A DNA stretch of 64,000 nt from Octopus sinensis (GCF_006345805.1 NC_043022.1:21514001-21578000), one strand, 5' to 3'. Counted from the first letter of the stretch, positions 1-11,318 are shown. Numbers and translations: made by a program. Notes: a model not told the origin generated them from the sequence alone.

Positions 1-73
1 ATAATAATAATAATAATATAATATAATAATAATAATAATAATAATAATATAATAATAATAATAATAATAATAA

Positions 74-107
<34 letters not shown>

Positions 108-121
108 TAATAATAATAATA

Positions 122-166
<45 letters not shown>

Positions 167-209
167 AATAATAATATAATATAATAATAATAATAATAAT
201 AATAATATT

Positions 210-289
<80 letters not shown>
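1..289. repeat. (AAT)n microsatellite
   Basis: Near-continuous AAT/TAA units, open at the window start. Confidence 0.95.
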
Positions 290-290
<1 letters not shown>

Positions 291-509
291 CTTTCAAATT
301 TTGGCAAAGGACCCATAGTTTTTCAGGGGAAAGTTGATTACATCAACCTCAGCACTTGACTGGATCTTATTTTGTCGACCCCCAAAAGGACGAAAGGCAA
401 AGTTGACCTCAGTAGGATTTGAACTCAGAACATAAAGAGGGATGAAAAATGCTGCTAAGAATTTTGTTTTGTCTGGTGTGATAACGACTCTGCCAGCTCA
501 CTGCCTTAA
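290..509 (-). mobile_element. SINE family B (tRNA-like head; GAGGTCGACTTTGCCTTTCATCCTTT body), diverged copy
   Basis: Reverse complement of the body seen at 857-1089 and 5121-5354. Confidence 0.8.
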
Positions 510-678
510 AATAATAATGACGATGATGAGGCGGAGGATTTAAAAAATTCTGGTAACTAGGCCAGACAGTTCGAGGGAAGGGTTAGGTCGATTACATTGA
601 ACCCACTGGTACTTATTTTATCAATCTCAAAAGGGTGAAAGGCAAAGTTGACCTCGGCAGAATAATAATAATAATAAC

Positions 679-730
<52 letters not shown>

Positions 731-739
731 TTGATAATG

Positions 740-783
<44 letters not shown>

Positions 784-856
784 GACGACGACAACAACAA
801 CAACAATAGTAGTAGTAATAATAATAACCACTGCCATTGCTATATTCATCCTCATC

Positions 857-1089
857 AAGGCGGCGAGCTGGCAGAACCGTTAGCATGCCGGGCGAAATGC
901 ATAGCCTTATTTCGTCTGCCGTTATGTTCTGGGTTTGAATTCCACTGAGGTCGACTTTGCCTTTCATCCTTTCGGGGTCGATAAATAAAGTAGCAGTTTC
1001 GCACTGGGATTGATGTAATCGACTTAATCCGTTTGTCTGTCTTTGTTTGTCCCCTCTATGTTTAGCCCCTTGTGGGTAATAAGGAAATA
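857..1089 (+). mobile_element. SINE family B, near full length
   Basis: GGCGGCGAGCTGGCAGAA head, B-box-like GGTTTGAATT, and conserved CTTTGCCTTTCATCCTTTCGGGGTCGATAAAT body, which resembles the Deu/Nin-type SINE domain (recalled). More than 15 copies in the window. Confidence 0.85.
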
Positions 1090-1114
1090 TATATTCATCC
1101 TCATCATCATCATT

Positions 1115-1688
1115 CAAGTGGTGAGCTTCCAGTATTGTTAGCACTCCAGGGGAAATGCTTACTGCCATTTCTTATAGTTTTCTGTTATGATTTCAAATGC
1201 CACCAAGGACAACTTTGCCTTTCGTCCTTCAGAAGCATCCGTCATATACTGGGACCAATGTATTTGACTAACCTCCTTACACTAGCACCAGTGGCCTTCT
1301 GCCAAGGTCTGAAACCATTACTAATAGATCGTTGTCATTGTCATCGTCACCATTGCTGCCATCATCGCCATCGTCATCATCATCATCATCATCATTGTTG
1401 TTGTTGTTATTATAAAGGTAGTGAGCTGGCAGAATTGTTAGCACACTGGATGAAATGCTTAGCAGTATTTTGTCCACCGCTAAGCTCGGAGTTCAAATTC
1501 CACCTAGGTTGACTTTACCTTTCATCCTTTAGGGGTCAATAAAATAAGTACTAGTTGAATGTAATCAACTTATGCCCTCCCCTAAACTTGCTGCCCTAGT
1601 GGCAAAATTTGAAACCATCATCATAATTATTATTATTATATTATTATTATTATTATTATTAGTAGTAGTAGTAGTAGTAGTAGTAGTA

Positions 1689-1723
<35 letters not shown>

Positions 1724-1850
1724 ATATATTTAAGAAAGAGCGAACCAACAGAATCATTAGCATGCCAGGCAAAATGCTTGCTGGCATTTCGTCCATCTTT
1801 ACATTCTGAGCTCAGATTACACCATGGTTGACTTTGCATTTCATCATTTT
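1115..1850 (+). mobile_element. Cluster of three older SINE family B copies separated by trinucleotide microsatellites
   Basis: GAGCT-GGCAG head motifs near 1120, 1420 and 1738, each with a degraded body. Confidence 0.7.
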
Positions 1851-2345
1851 GCTGAACTTTTAAGTTACAAGGATGTAAACTCACCAAAACACAGACGCAA
1901 AGACACACACACACACACATACATGTATATACAATGGGCCTCCTACAGTTTCCTTCTACCAAATTCACTCACAAGGTTTTGGTAGAAGACATTTTCCAAG
2001 GTACCTTGCAGGCCGAAAAGGCCGCTAGAAGCTAGGATATATGCATAGATTGGCATATTTTGGTCATATTATGTGGAGAAAATCCCTGGAGAAGGACATC
2101 ATGCTCGGAATGGTCAGTGGCAAGAGAGGAAGAGGCCGACCAAGAACCCGCTGGCTTGACACCATCAAGAGGGATACCAGAATGGACATAGCCAATCTGA
2201 AAGAAGCGGCCCAGGATAGAACTGACTGGAGGACACTGATCCAACAAGTAATCGAGAGTCAACTTCGACTGAGCAGTTAGATAGATAGATCTTGTAGTGG
2301 GACTGAACCCAGAACCATCTGGTTGGGAGGCAAACTTTTTACCAC
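1850..2345 (-). mobile_element. SINE family A (CORE-like) copy interrupted by an RTE fragment
   Basis: Family A sequence resumes (GTGGGACTGAACCCAGAACCAT) after the RTE tail. Confidence 0.75.
2012..2290 (+). mobile_element. RTE (BovB-like) LINE 3' fragment
   Basis: ORF RLAYFGHIMWRKSLEKDIMLG...RPRTRWLDTIK...DRTDWR, (TAGA)n tail, and 7-bp TSD CTTG(C/T)AG at 2005-2011 and 2291-2297. Confidence 0.9.
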
Positions 2346-3002
2346 AGTCACACCTGCACCTGACATATAACAGCAAAAATCTAAAAATAATAAAGCTAAT
2401 TACTTTATTAAGTGGGTAATCTAATACTATGTACTACACATACCCTTAATTTTAATCTTGATTTTGGTGAGAAAAAATAGGGTCTGTATTAGAAATGGGG
2501 TTTTTACAGTAGATTTGGAAACCATACAACCGAAATCAAGTTTTAAAATAAGGCTTAAATTATGGGATCCTATCCAGGATCTATTTCACAAACTGTTAAT
2601 TAAGAATAAGGCAGTGGAACAGCTGAGCTTGGTACGAATGCTACTAATATTTATCACAAATCCATGCATAGTGAGGAAGAGTTGGGGAGGAAATAATTAT
2701 AAGTGCCTGTAATGAGAATTGATAATTAAGCATGATTATGCAATAACAAAATCCTACAAATGTGTGTAAATAATTATCTTTGTTAATAATTGGATTTCTA
2801 ATTTGTTAGAGTTAATTAAGTTAATTGGGCAAAATCATTAATTAAAAATAGTAATGATTTCTAAAGCTGGGCACAAGGCCAGGAAATTAAAAACTGACTG
2901 CGACTTTATTTTATCTCAGAACACAATTCAGCACACAAAAGGATGTAGATAATACCACAATGAATTTGGTCAGATGATCAACCGATTCTGCAATCCAGAC
3001 CC

Positions 3003-3231
3003 TTAACCCTTTTGTAACCAACCCGGCTGAAACCGGCTCTGGCTCTGTAGCACAAATGTCTTGTTTTCAAAAGTTCTGAATTAAAATCTTCTGCCAAACC
3101 TTAGTCACAATTTACGTTCCTAACACTAGCTTAACGATAACCAAGTCATTCTACTAAATTCTTTGCTATATCACAAATAACTGAAAGAAAAACAGAGCAT
3201 CTCAAAATAAATACAGTAATGAAAGGGTTAA
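3003..3231 (-). mobile_element. TTAA (piggyBac-type) MITE, family MA
   Basis: TTAACCCTT...AAGGGTTAA ends; reverse complement of 34867-35094. Confidence 0.85.
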
Positions 3232-3456
3232 CCCTTTACTGTTTAAACCAGCCATATCCAGCCAAAATATTCTACCAGTTTTATGTTCAAAATGACTAGA
3301 TCCAGCCATTCGCACTTGCCCTACAATGTCATTCAAAATATAAACATGTCACATCATCAAAATCTCAAAACTACAGGATAATGCAGAATTAATTCAAAAT
3401 AATGTGAATAAATAAACATTACAGTTGACAGATTAATCTAAATGCCACAGGGTTAA
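3228..3456. mobile_element. TTAA (piggyBac-type) MITE, family MB
   Basis: TTAACCCTTT...AGGGTTAA ends; homologous to 48473-48700 and 56100-56327. Confidence 0.8.
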
Positions 3457-4354
3457 CCCTTTCGTTACTGCATTTATTTTGAGATGCTCTGTATTTCATT
3501 CAATTAATTTAAAATATAACAAAGAATTTAGTAAAATAACTTAGTTATCATGAAGCTAGTGTCAGGAACATAAATTGTGACTAAGGTTTGGTGGAAGATT
3601 TTAATTCAATACTTATGAAAACAAGACATTTGTTACCATATTTCTGTTGAAATGCTCTGTGTTTCTTTCAATTAATTTAAAATATAACAAAGAATTTAGT
3701 AAAATAACTTAGTTATCATGAAGCTAGTGTCGGGAACATAAATTGTGACTAAGGTTTGGTGGAAGATTTTAATTCAATACTTATGAAAACAAGACATTTA
3801 TTACCATATTTCTGTTGAAATGCTCTGTGTTTCTTTCAATTAATTTAAAATATAACAAAGAATTTAGTAAAATAACTTAGTTATCATGAAGCTAGTGTCG
3901 GGAACATAAATTGTGACTAAGGTTTGGTGGAAGATTTTAATTCAATACTTATGAAAACAAGACATTTGTTACCATATTTCTGTTGAAATGCTCTGTGTTT
4001 CTTTCAATTAATTTAAAATATAACAAAGAATTTAGTAAAATAACTTAGTTATCATGAAGCTAGTGTCGGGAACATAAATTGTGACTAAGGTTTGGTGGAA
4101 GATTTTAATTCAATACTTATGAAAACAAGACATTTGTTACCATATTTCTGTTGAAATGCTCTGTGTTTCTTTCAATTAATTTAAAATATAACAAAGAATT
4201 TAGTAAAATAACTTAGTTATCATGAAGCTAGTGTCGGGAACATAAATTGTGACTAAGGTTTGGTGGAAGATTTTAATTCAATACTTATGAAAACAAGACA
4301 TTTGTACTACAGAGCCAGAGGTGGTTTTGGCCGGGTTGGTAATGAAAGGGTTAA
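3453..4354 (+). mobile_element. MITE family MA with a 5x168-bp internal tandem amplification
   Basis: Units start at 3465, 3633, 3801, 3969 and 4137, and are enclosed by one pair of TTAACCCTT/AAGGGTTAA termini. Confidence 0.9.
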
Positions 4355-4382
4355 AAAATGACATGTTTGTCATAGTTGGAGT

Positions 4383-4607
4383 ACCTTTATATACCGTATA
4401 TATTTTGAAATGCTCTGTATTTCTTTCAATTATTTTAAATATAACAAAGAATTTAGTAAAATACCTTAGTTATCATGAAGCTAGTGTTGGGAACATAAAT
4501 TGTGACGAAGGTTTGGTGGAAGATTTAAATTCAATACTTATGAAAACAAGACATTTGTACTACAGAGCCAGAGGCGGTTTTGGTCGGGTTGGTATCAAAA
4601 GGGTTAA
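4383..4607 (+). mobile_element. MITE family MA, left end degraded
   Basis: Same internal sequence; ends AAAAGGGTTAA at 4607. Confidence 0.8.
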
Positions 4608-4832
4608 ATATAAGTTATTATAAAACAGTGACAAATAAACAAAATTCCCAGTATTTTGTGAACCATACACTACCAGCCAGCAGGGCCATAAGTTGTTTGG
4701 CTTGTGGATAAAAGCAGCGTTGCATTACAATGGTGTCATTTGTTTTAACTGGTTTGAAGTCAGTAAACCATAAATATCATGGTTTCAAGCTCCTATAATT
4801 TGTATGCATGGAGGTTCCTTTTCAGTCTGTTG

Positions 4833-4894
4833 CTTTGTTCTGTCTAGCTGGATCAATAAGTAACAGTTTATTTATCCAGCTAGATAAAACAAGG
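4833..4894 (+). ncRNA. Candidate pre-miRNA-like hairpin
   Basis: 28-bp stem (2 mismatches, 3 G-U) with a 6-nt loop in unique sequence. No known mature miRNA recognised. Confidence 0.25.
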
Positions 4895-5120
4895 AGATAT
4901 AAGTGTGAGCTCACAGTATGTCTATCGTGTTTGACTGAGATAAAAGCAAATAATACAAATTCAGATGATGCATTTTTTTAGCCAACTTTTCAACACTGGT
5001 CTCTTATAAAATTTGGTCTGCTCAGTCAGCATTGATCAGAGGTATCTAACAACCACAACAACAACAGCACTACTACCACTACTACTATTATCAAGTGATT
5101 CTGGGTAGTGGGGCCTTTTA

Positions 5121-5354
5121 AAAGGCGGCAAGCTGGCAGAAACGTTAGCACGCCGGGCGAAATGCGTAGCCCTATTTCGTCTGTCGTTACATTCCGAGTT
5201 CAAATTCCGCTGAGGTCGACTTTACCTTTCAGCCTTTCGGGGTCGATAATTTTAGTACCAGTTACACACTGGGGTCGACGCAATCAACTTAATCCCTTTG
5301 TCTGTCTTTGTTTGCCCCCTCTGTGTTTAGCCCCTTGTGGGTAGTAAAGAAATA
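5121..5354 (+). mobile_element. SINE family B, full length
   Basis: Head, body and GTAGTAAAGAAATA tail. Confidence 0.85.
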
Positions 5355-6224
5355 TATTATCATCAACAACAACAGCTGCCAATCCAAGACTATTCCCACT
5401 CACTACACCTCCACACATCATCCTCATTATCCTCATCATCATTCAACAATGCATTTTTCATGCTGGTATGGGTTGGGCAGTTTGACAGGAGCAGACCAGC
5501 TGAAGAACTGCCTGGGCTCCATGTCTGTTTTAAGCATGGTTTCTATGGCTGGATGCCCTACCTAATGCCAACCATTTTACAGAGTATACTGGGTGCTTTT
5601 ACACAGCACTGATTCAGGTTCTTTTATGTAGTACCAGTAGAGGTCAGCAATTTTATGGGTAGTGTAAGTCAATAACATCAACCCCCAGTATTCAACTGGT
5701 ACATATTTTATCAATCCCAAAAGGATGAAAGGGTCAAGTTGACCTTGGCAGAATCTAAACTCACAATGTAAAGACAAATGAAACACTGTTAAGCATTTTG
5801 CCTGGCATGCTAACTATTCTGCCAGTTTGCCGCCTTAAAATGGTTAATTATATCAAAAGTAGACCATTAAAAGTCTTGGGTATCTGAACAAATATATTTT
5901 GAATGAATTCCCAACACATATGATTACCTTTACACACTGACGTCAGATCACTATCAAAAAATAAGGTGCTACATCACAGGCATGAAAAGCAGAAAAAGTA
6001 ATTACATTTTTCAATAAGAAAAGCATTTGCAATTCTTTGAGTATCTTTGATGTGAATTCCAAAGTTCTACGCTAAGAATATTTGACAGAAATATTTGCTC
6101 ATCTTAATATTGCAAAGACAAATATGTAAGCTACATACATCAACAGATAAGCTAGTTTCATTAAAAAAGAAAGCTGTTATTTGGAAGAAATAAGCAAAAG
6201 CTGGTAATTTTAAAATGTTACTCT

Positions 6225-6443
6225 TTCTCTTTTACTCTTTTACTTGTTTCAGTCATTTGACTGCAGCCATGCTGGAGCACCGCCTTTAATCGAGCAACTC
6301 CACCCCGGGACTTATTCTTTGTAAGCCCAGTACTTATTCTATCGGTCTCTTTTTGCCGAACCGCTAAGTGACGGGGACATAAACACACCAGCATCAGTTG
6401 TCAAGCAATGCTAGGGGGACAAACACAAACACACACACACACA

Positions 6444-6486
<43 letters not shown>

Positions 6487-6655
6487 CACACATATATACG
6501 ACAGGCTTCTTTCAGTTTCCATCTACCAAATCCACTCACAAGACTTTGGTCGGCCCAAGGTTATAGTAGAAGACACTTGCCCAAGGTGCCACACAGTGGG
6601 ACTGAAACCAGAACCATGTGGTTCGTAAGCAAGCTTCTTACCACACAGCCACGTC
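6225..6655 (-). mobile_element. SINE family A (tRNA-derived, CORE-like, bipartite around a (TA)n/(CA)n tract)
   Basis: Reverse complement of the head TGGCTGTGTGG...GGTTTCAGTCC (B-box-like), CCTTGGGCAAGT core motif, and (AAGAGT)n tail. Confidence 0.9.
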
Positions 6656-7263
6656 TGAACCTTAATGTGTAAAAGCTGCATAAAAGACATGATTCTGACT
6701 GAAGTTGATCACTTGACAGTGGTGGAAGCCAAAACTTATTCAAATTTTCAATCACTCAGCACTGAAGAGTATGATTATGTTCAAAATCCCTTCATGCAGA
6801 TTCACTCTAGTATTTGCCCTAATTATGTGTAGCAGAATTGATACCTAAATCACATACAAAATACTCAGTATAAATAAATAAATAAATAATTACAATGAAA
6901 AAGTCACTTTAAAACATTGACTGATGATAAATCATTAATTATTCCCCAATGGTTTATTTTGTTCTTTGTTTTGGCTGTTTTTCTTCTTTTTTTTCCTCTA
7001 ATTATGATGGTAAATTGAAATACTTTTTTTAACAACTTTTTGTTTTCCCCCCATTCTAAGTCCCACTTTCTTTTTAAACAAAACGAAATCTTTTCTTTTC
7101 TTTCTTTGAAAGTTGTATTTAGGGGCATGGAGAAAAGATTTCCACAATTATTTTTATTCTGAACTAAGTTCAGGTTTGTAAAACAAACAAAAATAAAAAG
7201 AGATCTTCGTTGCTAAAATGGTATCAATGCAAAGACACAACGAATCCACACATACGCACACAT

Positions 7264-7302
<39 letters not shown>

Positions 7303-8445
7303 GTGCTTCTGTATAGTTTCATTTACCAAACAGGTGAGATTGAAAATGATCAAAGATGTGTTGAAACCAGAATCCATGAAAAATCACTTAATGAAGTTCA
7401 TAAAATTTCAATCTGATAAGTCGATAAGCCATGAAGATATTTCTAGCAAATTATCTTCTTGCTCAGAATGTCAGAAGTTTCATCTTCCCACAGTATAGAG
7501 ACTTAACCAAAAATTTGAAGCGAACTTGAAACATCTTTCTTTAGAATATAAACACTGAGACTTTTAACCTCACAACAACTGTAAACAATAGTACTATTGT
7601 CTTGATCATAGAAAGAAAAAAAAAGAAAAAGAAGAAGTAAGAAAAGAAATGTCTTCTTCTTGAATAAACTAAGAATATACAAGTTTTATTAATGTTTAAA
7701 AATATCATTAGCAAAACATTAGATTGTTATAGTTTAGACACCGAATAAGCCAAAAGTACAAAAAACAATAAAACACAGTAACTTGTAAAAAAAATGAAAG
7801 AAAGAAAGAAAGAAAACAGAAACAATTAGATTAAGACTACAAGAGAAGACAGCTTTGCAATCACCACCACCACCAACAATAATAATAATAAAAATAAGAA
7901 TGATGATGATGATGGTGGTGGTGGTGGTGGTGGTGGTGGCGGCAGCGGTGGCGGCGGTGGTGATGATGGTGGTGATGGTGATGGTGATGATGATGATGAG
8001 AAAAAGAGAGACGGAGAGTTTGTGGGAGAGTTGAAAGAAAAACTGACAGCATTTTAGTTCTATCAAGCAATAATTATTAAATACCATTAATGATTTTGCA
8101 AGCACATTTAATTACAGATATATTAACCAAACACATAAAAAAAAGTTCAAAAATAATGCTAAGAGCATATTTTTTTTTTAACCTAAAATAAAAAAAATAA
8201 GTGATTCTTCACTTCTTTTGCTTCCCTACTTTTATGAGAGAGAGAGAGAGAGGCGAGGTGAGAGTGAGAAAGTGAAAGACTTGATGCCAAATAAAACAAC
8301 AAAATGGTGCATGGCATTAAAACAACAAAGGAAGTCACTCTGTTGGCTAGAAACAGCAGCAACCAGTCTTAAAACTAACACACCACTTTGAATAATGTGG
8401 TTGTGATTATACAATATGGGCGGCTTAAGGCTGGAACATCTTTCA

Positions 8446-8472
8446 TCACAGGTCTGCTTCATCTGAGCTGAC
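8446..8472 (-). CDS. Candidate terminal coding exon (phase 0: VSSDEADL*) of an unidentified minus-strand gene, with putative 3' UTR to about 6930
   Basis: Acceptor ttgttgtttgaactccag|GTCAGC. Downstream 1.5 kb is U-rich and free of SINEs, with AATAAA at 6958-6953 followed by a U-rich tract. Confidence 0.3.
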   Translation of the reverse strand, partial: VSSDEADL

Positions 8473-8654
8473 CTGGAGTTCAAACAACAACAATAACAAC
8501 TACACAACATGTATCCTTCTATTTCTTTACAAGATTCTGTTATTGGAGTGTGAACATGCCAGGGTACTGCTTCCTAAGATTTTAGTCATTCATATCAACC
8601 CAGTACTGTGTCTGGTACCTATTTTATTGACCTTACAAGATAGGAATCAAAGCT

Positions 8655-9047
8655 TGCTTTCCGTCCACATGGTTCCGGGTTCAGTCCCACTGCATGGCAC
8701 CTTGGACAAGTGTCTTCTACTATAGCCTCAGGCCAGCCAAAAAGCCTTGTGAGTGGATTTGGTAGATGGAAACTGAAAGAAGCCCGTCGTATATGTGTGT
8801 GCATGCATATTTATGTTCATGTGTGTGTGTGTATGCACGCGCACATGTCTGTCTGTGTCCTCCACCCCTGCTTGATATCTGTGTATTAAGATCCACATGA
8901 CTTAGCAGTTTGACAAAAGAGACCGATAAAATAAGTACAAGGTTTAAAAAAAAAATTACTGGGTATGTTCATTCAACTAAAATTTCCTCAAGTGGGTGCC
9001 CCAGCATGGCCACAGTATAATGACTGAAACAAGTAAAAGAAGAAAGT
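8655..9047 (+). mobile_element. SINE family A, older copy
   Basis: Head, core, (TG)n tract and 3' half. Confidence 0.8.
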
Positions 9048-9127
9048 AACTACTTAAAGGTAGTCTTGTAGCATGGCCACAACGCAATGACTAAGACAAG
9101 TAAAATAAAAGAATTACATATGTATGA

Positions 9128-9425
9128 ACTGTGGAGGCGCAATGGCCAGGTGGTTAGGGCAGCGAACTCGCAGTCGTAGGATCGCGGTTTCGATTCCCAG
9201 ACCGGGCGTTGTGAGTGTTTATTGGGCGAAAACACCTAAAAGCTCCACGATGCTCTGGCAGGGGGTGGTGATCCCTGCTATACTCTTTCACCACTCTTTC
9301 TTCTGTTGGCCTGCTCACTTAGCCAGTGGGGTGGCGTCATTCAAAGGCTAAAATAATGTGAACGCATTGTGACCAGCAATGTGTAACTACATCTGATGGA
9401 CTGGTCGGTCACGTGATCACGTGAT
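9128..9425 (+). mobile_element. SINE family E with tRNA(Arg)-like head
   Basis: A box TGGCCAGGTGG and B box GTTTCGATTCC. Head and body shared with 18520-18850. Confidence 0.8.
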
Positions 9426-9429
9426 ATGT

Positions 9430-9545
9430 ATGAACCATACAGAGAAGGGCATTAAAGAGAACTGTACAGGGAAGGGGCATTAAAGAGAGCCATACACAGA
9501 AGGAGCATTAAAGAGAACAATACAGAGAGGGGGCATCAGAAAGCA
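9430..9545. repeat. About 4 copies of a 27-28 bp minisatellite (GAACCATACAGAGAAGGGCATTAAAGA)
   Basis: Direct imperfect tandem units. Confidence 0.75.
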
Positions 9546-10099
9546 TGAGGACTCCAAACACTCATTAAATTCTCGTCCAAGTACAAAATCTGGATTCTCC
9601 AAGCAGAGCCAGGTGTTTCAAAACAATGGTTTATCCACACTGAGAGAGAGACAAGGAGAGACAGAGACAGAGAGGGGCAATGAGAAGCACAAATAAACAT
9701 TTGAATGAAATGCTATGAAGCAAGATTATTTCGCTGGGTTAGGGTTATCTCTTAGTAAGTAATCTCTCAGAGTAAATTAAAGACAATAAACAATACTGTG
9801 TATGAAGTTTCTGATATCACTGATAACAGATTGCTTGTAATAGCACTCATTATTAATTACACACACACACACACACACTGTTATGAAGCATTGTATGCAC
9901 GACAAACAAGCAGTTACATGTAGCTTACTAGCTTACACTCCTAAAATCACATGCTGAATGCATATCTATTGTATGGTGCAGCATATGCAGTGTAATAGGC
10001 TACAGCACATGAACAGAGAGAAATACATTTCAAAGAACAAAAGGGGTCAATATCAGTGATATTTCAATATATTTAGCACTTGTGCCTGTGCTAGTAGGG

Positions 10100-10478
10100 T
10101 GCCTAGAGCACCATCCGAGCGTGATCGTTGCCAAAGCAGCCAAGTGACTTCTGTACCAGTGGCACGTAAAAGAGCACCATTCGAGTGTGATCGTTACCAA
10201 TGTCGCCTTACTGGCACTTGTGCTGGTGGCATGTGTAAAAGGATTCGAGCGAGGTCATTGCCAGTACCGCCTGACTGGCCCCCGTGCTGGTGGCACGTAA
10301 AAAGCACCCACTACACTCTCAGAGTGGTTGGCGTTAGGAAGCACATCCAGCAGTAGAAACTCTGCCAAATCAAGAATGGAGCCTGGTACAGCCATCTGGT
10401 TCGTCAGCCCTCAGTCAAAATCGTCCAACCCATGCTAGCATGGAAAGTGGACGTTAAATGATGATGATGATGATGATT
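10100..10478 (+). mobile_element. SINE-like family C (GC-rich tandem units, GGCGTTAGGAAGGGCATCCAG body, (GAT)n tail)
   Basis: About 10 copies in the window with the same CATGCTAGCATGGAAAG...GATGATGAT end. Confidence 0.85.
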
Positions 10479-10679
10479 TTCAACAATTCCTACATCACAT
10501 CACAATTATATAAGAAACATATTGTCAAAGAATCCGTTTTAAATATGATAACAAAATTCAAAATTTATTTTTGTGCAGTTGGAACACATAAAAATAGGAC
10601 AAAATAAAGAGAAATTTTTTTAAAAAAGACTTAGAAGATGAGGTTAAGATGTCGCTGTCAGAATTTGACCAGGGCTTAC

Positions 10680-10705
10680 ATCAGGTTTGTCATGTATAAG
10701 ATTAC
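10680..10705 (-). CDS. Candidate 26-nt exon (phase 1 to 0: xNLIHDKPD)
   Basis: tattactag|GTAATC...CCTGAT|gtaagc. Strong donor, weak pyrimidine tract. Joins in frame to the 8472 exon. Confidence 0.25.
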
Positions 10706-10866
10706 CTAGTAATATATTTATCCAGTAGTAATACAATCAGAAAGCCTTAAATTTGTATAGCAGTAAACAGAGACATGTCACTATACCAAAGAATCATAAT
10801 ATGCACATATATATATATATATATATACACATAGAGAGAGAGAGACATATATATACACACACACAC

Positions 10867-11107
10867 ATTAGAAGAAATAAGGTACTCAGAAATCTAGATA
10901 GTTTTATATTGACAGATATTTATTAATATGTCACATGTTTTTATAAATCATATATTAGCGCTTGCGTCCACTCTAGTGGAGTCTTCTGAAGACCCCACTA
11001 GAGTGGATGCAAGCGCTAATATATGATTTATAAAAACATGTGACATGTTAATAAATATCTGACAATATAAAACTATCTAGATTTCTGAGAACCTTAATTC
11101 TTCTAAT
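10867..11107. repeat. 241-bp near-perfect palindrome (Penelope-like inverted pLTR remnant or foldback MITE)
   Basis: 119-bp arms centred on 10987 with 6 non-Watson-Crick positions. Confidence 0.9.
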
Positions 11108-11222
11108 ATATAATACCTGTACATCATCTTCAAACCTTTTAATATATATATATATATTATATAGTTAATCACTATACAAATCCATCACTTTTTGCTAAAA
11201 TGTCTTATTGATGAGTTTCGTT

Positions 11223-11318
11223 TTTTCACTTTCCTGAAGAGAAGATTGCATTGTTTATACCATTTATTCTTTTGAATAATATCAGTGGAATTTTCGAAAC
11301 ATGTGTCGAAAGTAAAAA
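11223..11318 (+). ncRNA. Type I hammerhead ribozyme in a Penelope-like remnant
   Basis: CTGAAGA at 11234-11240, 13-bp stem II, GAAA at 11296-11299, stem III C-ATGT-G (palindromic ACATGT), GUC cleavage triplet at 11305-11307, and stem I ACTTTC/GAAAGT. Confidence 0.8.

Noticed and set aside
2720-2850. Cluster of TAAT/TAATTA homeodomain-like sites
   Set aside because: Expected at this AT content; cannot be supported without conservation data.
4321-4623. 100-aa ORF
   Set aside because: Lies entirely within MITE sequence.
5938-5945. Perfect CRE site TGACGTCA
   Set aside because: About one 8-mer match is expected by chance in 64 kb, and there is no promoter context.
6398-6628. Recurrent ORFs ending IVEDTCPRCHTVGLNPEPCGW
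   Set aside because: They are translations of SINE family A copies, not a peptide gene family.
9133-9206. Possible tRNA gene (also the 20822-20885 units)
   Set aside because: Acceptor and anticodon stems do not pair properly and the sequence runs into SINE bodies; these are SINE heads.
10986-11050. Hammerhead-like motifs in the right arm of the palindrome
   Set aside because: GAAA is changed to AAAA and the GUC triplet to GAC, so it is not a functional core.
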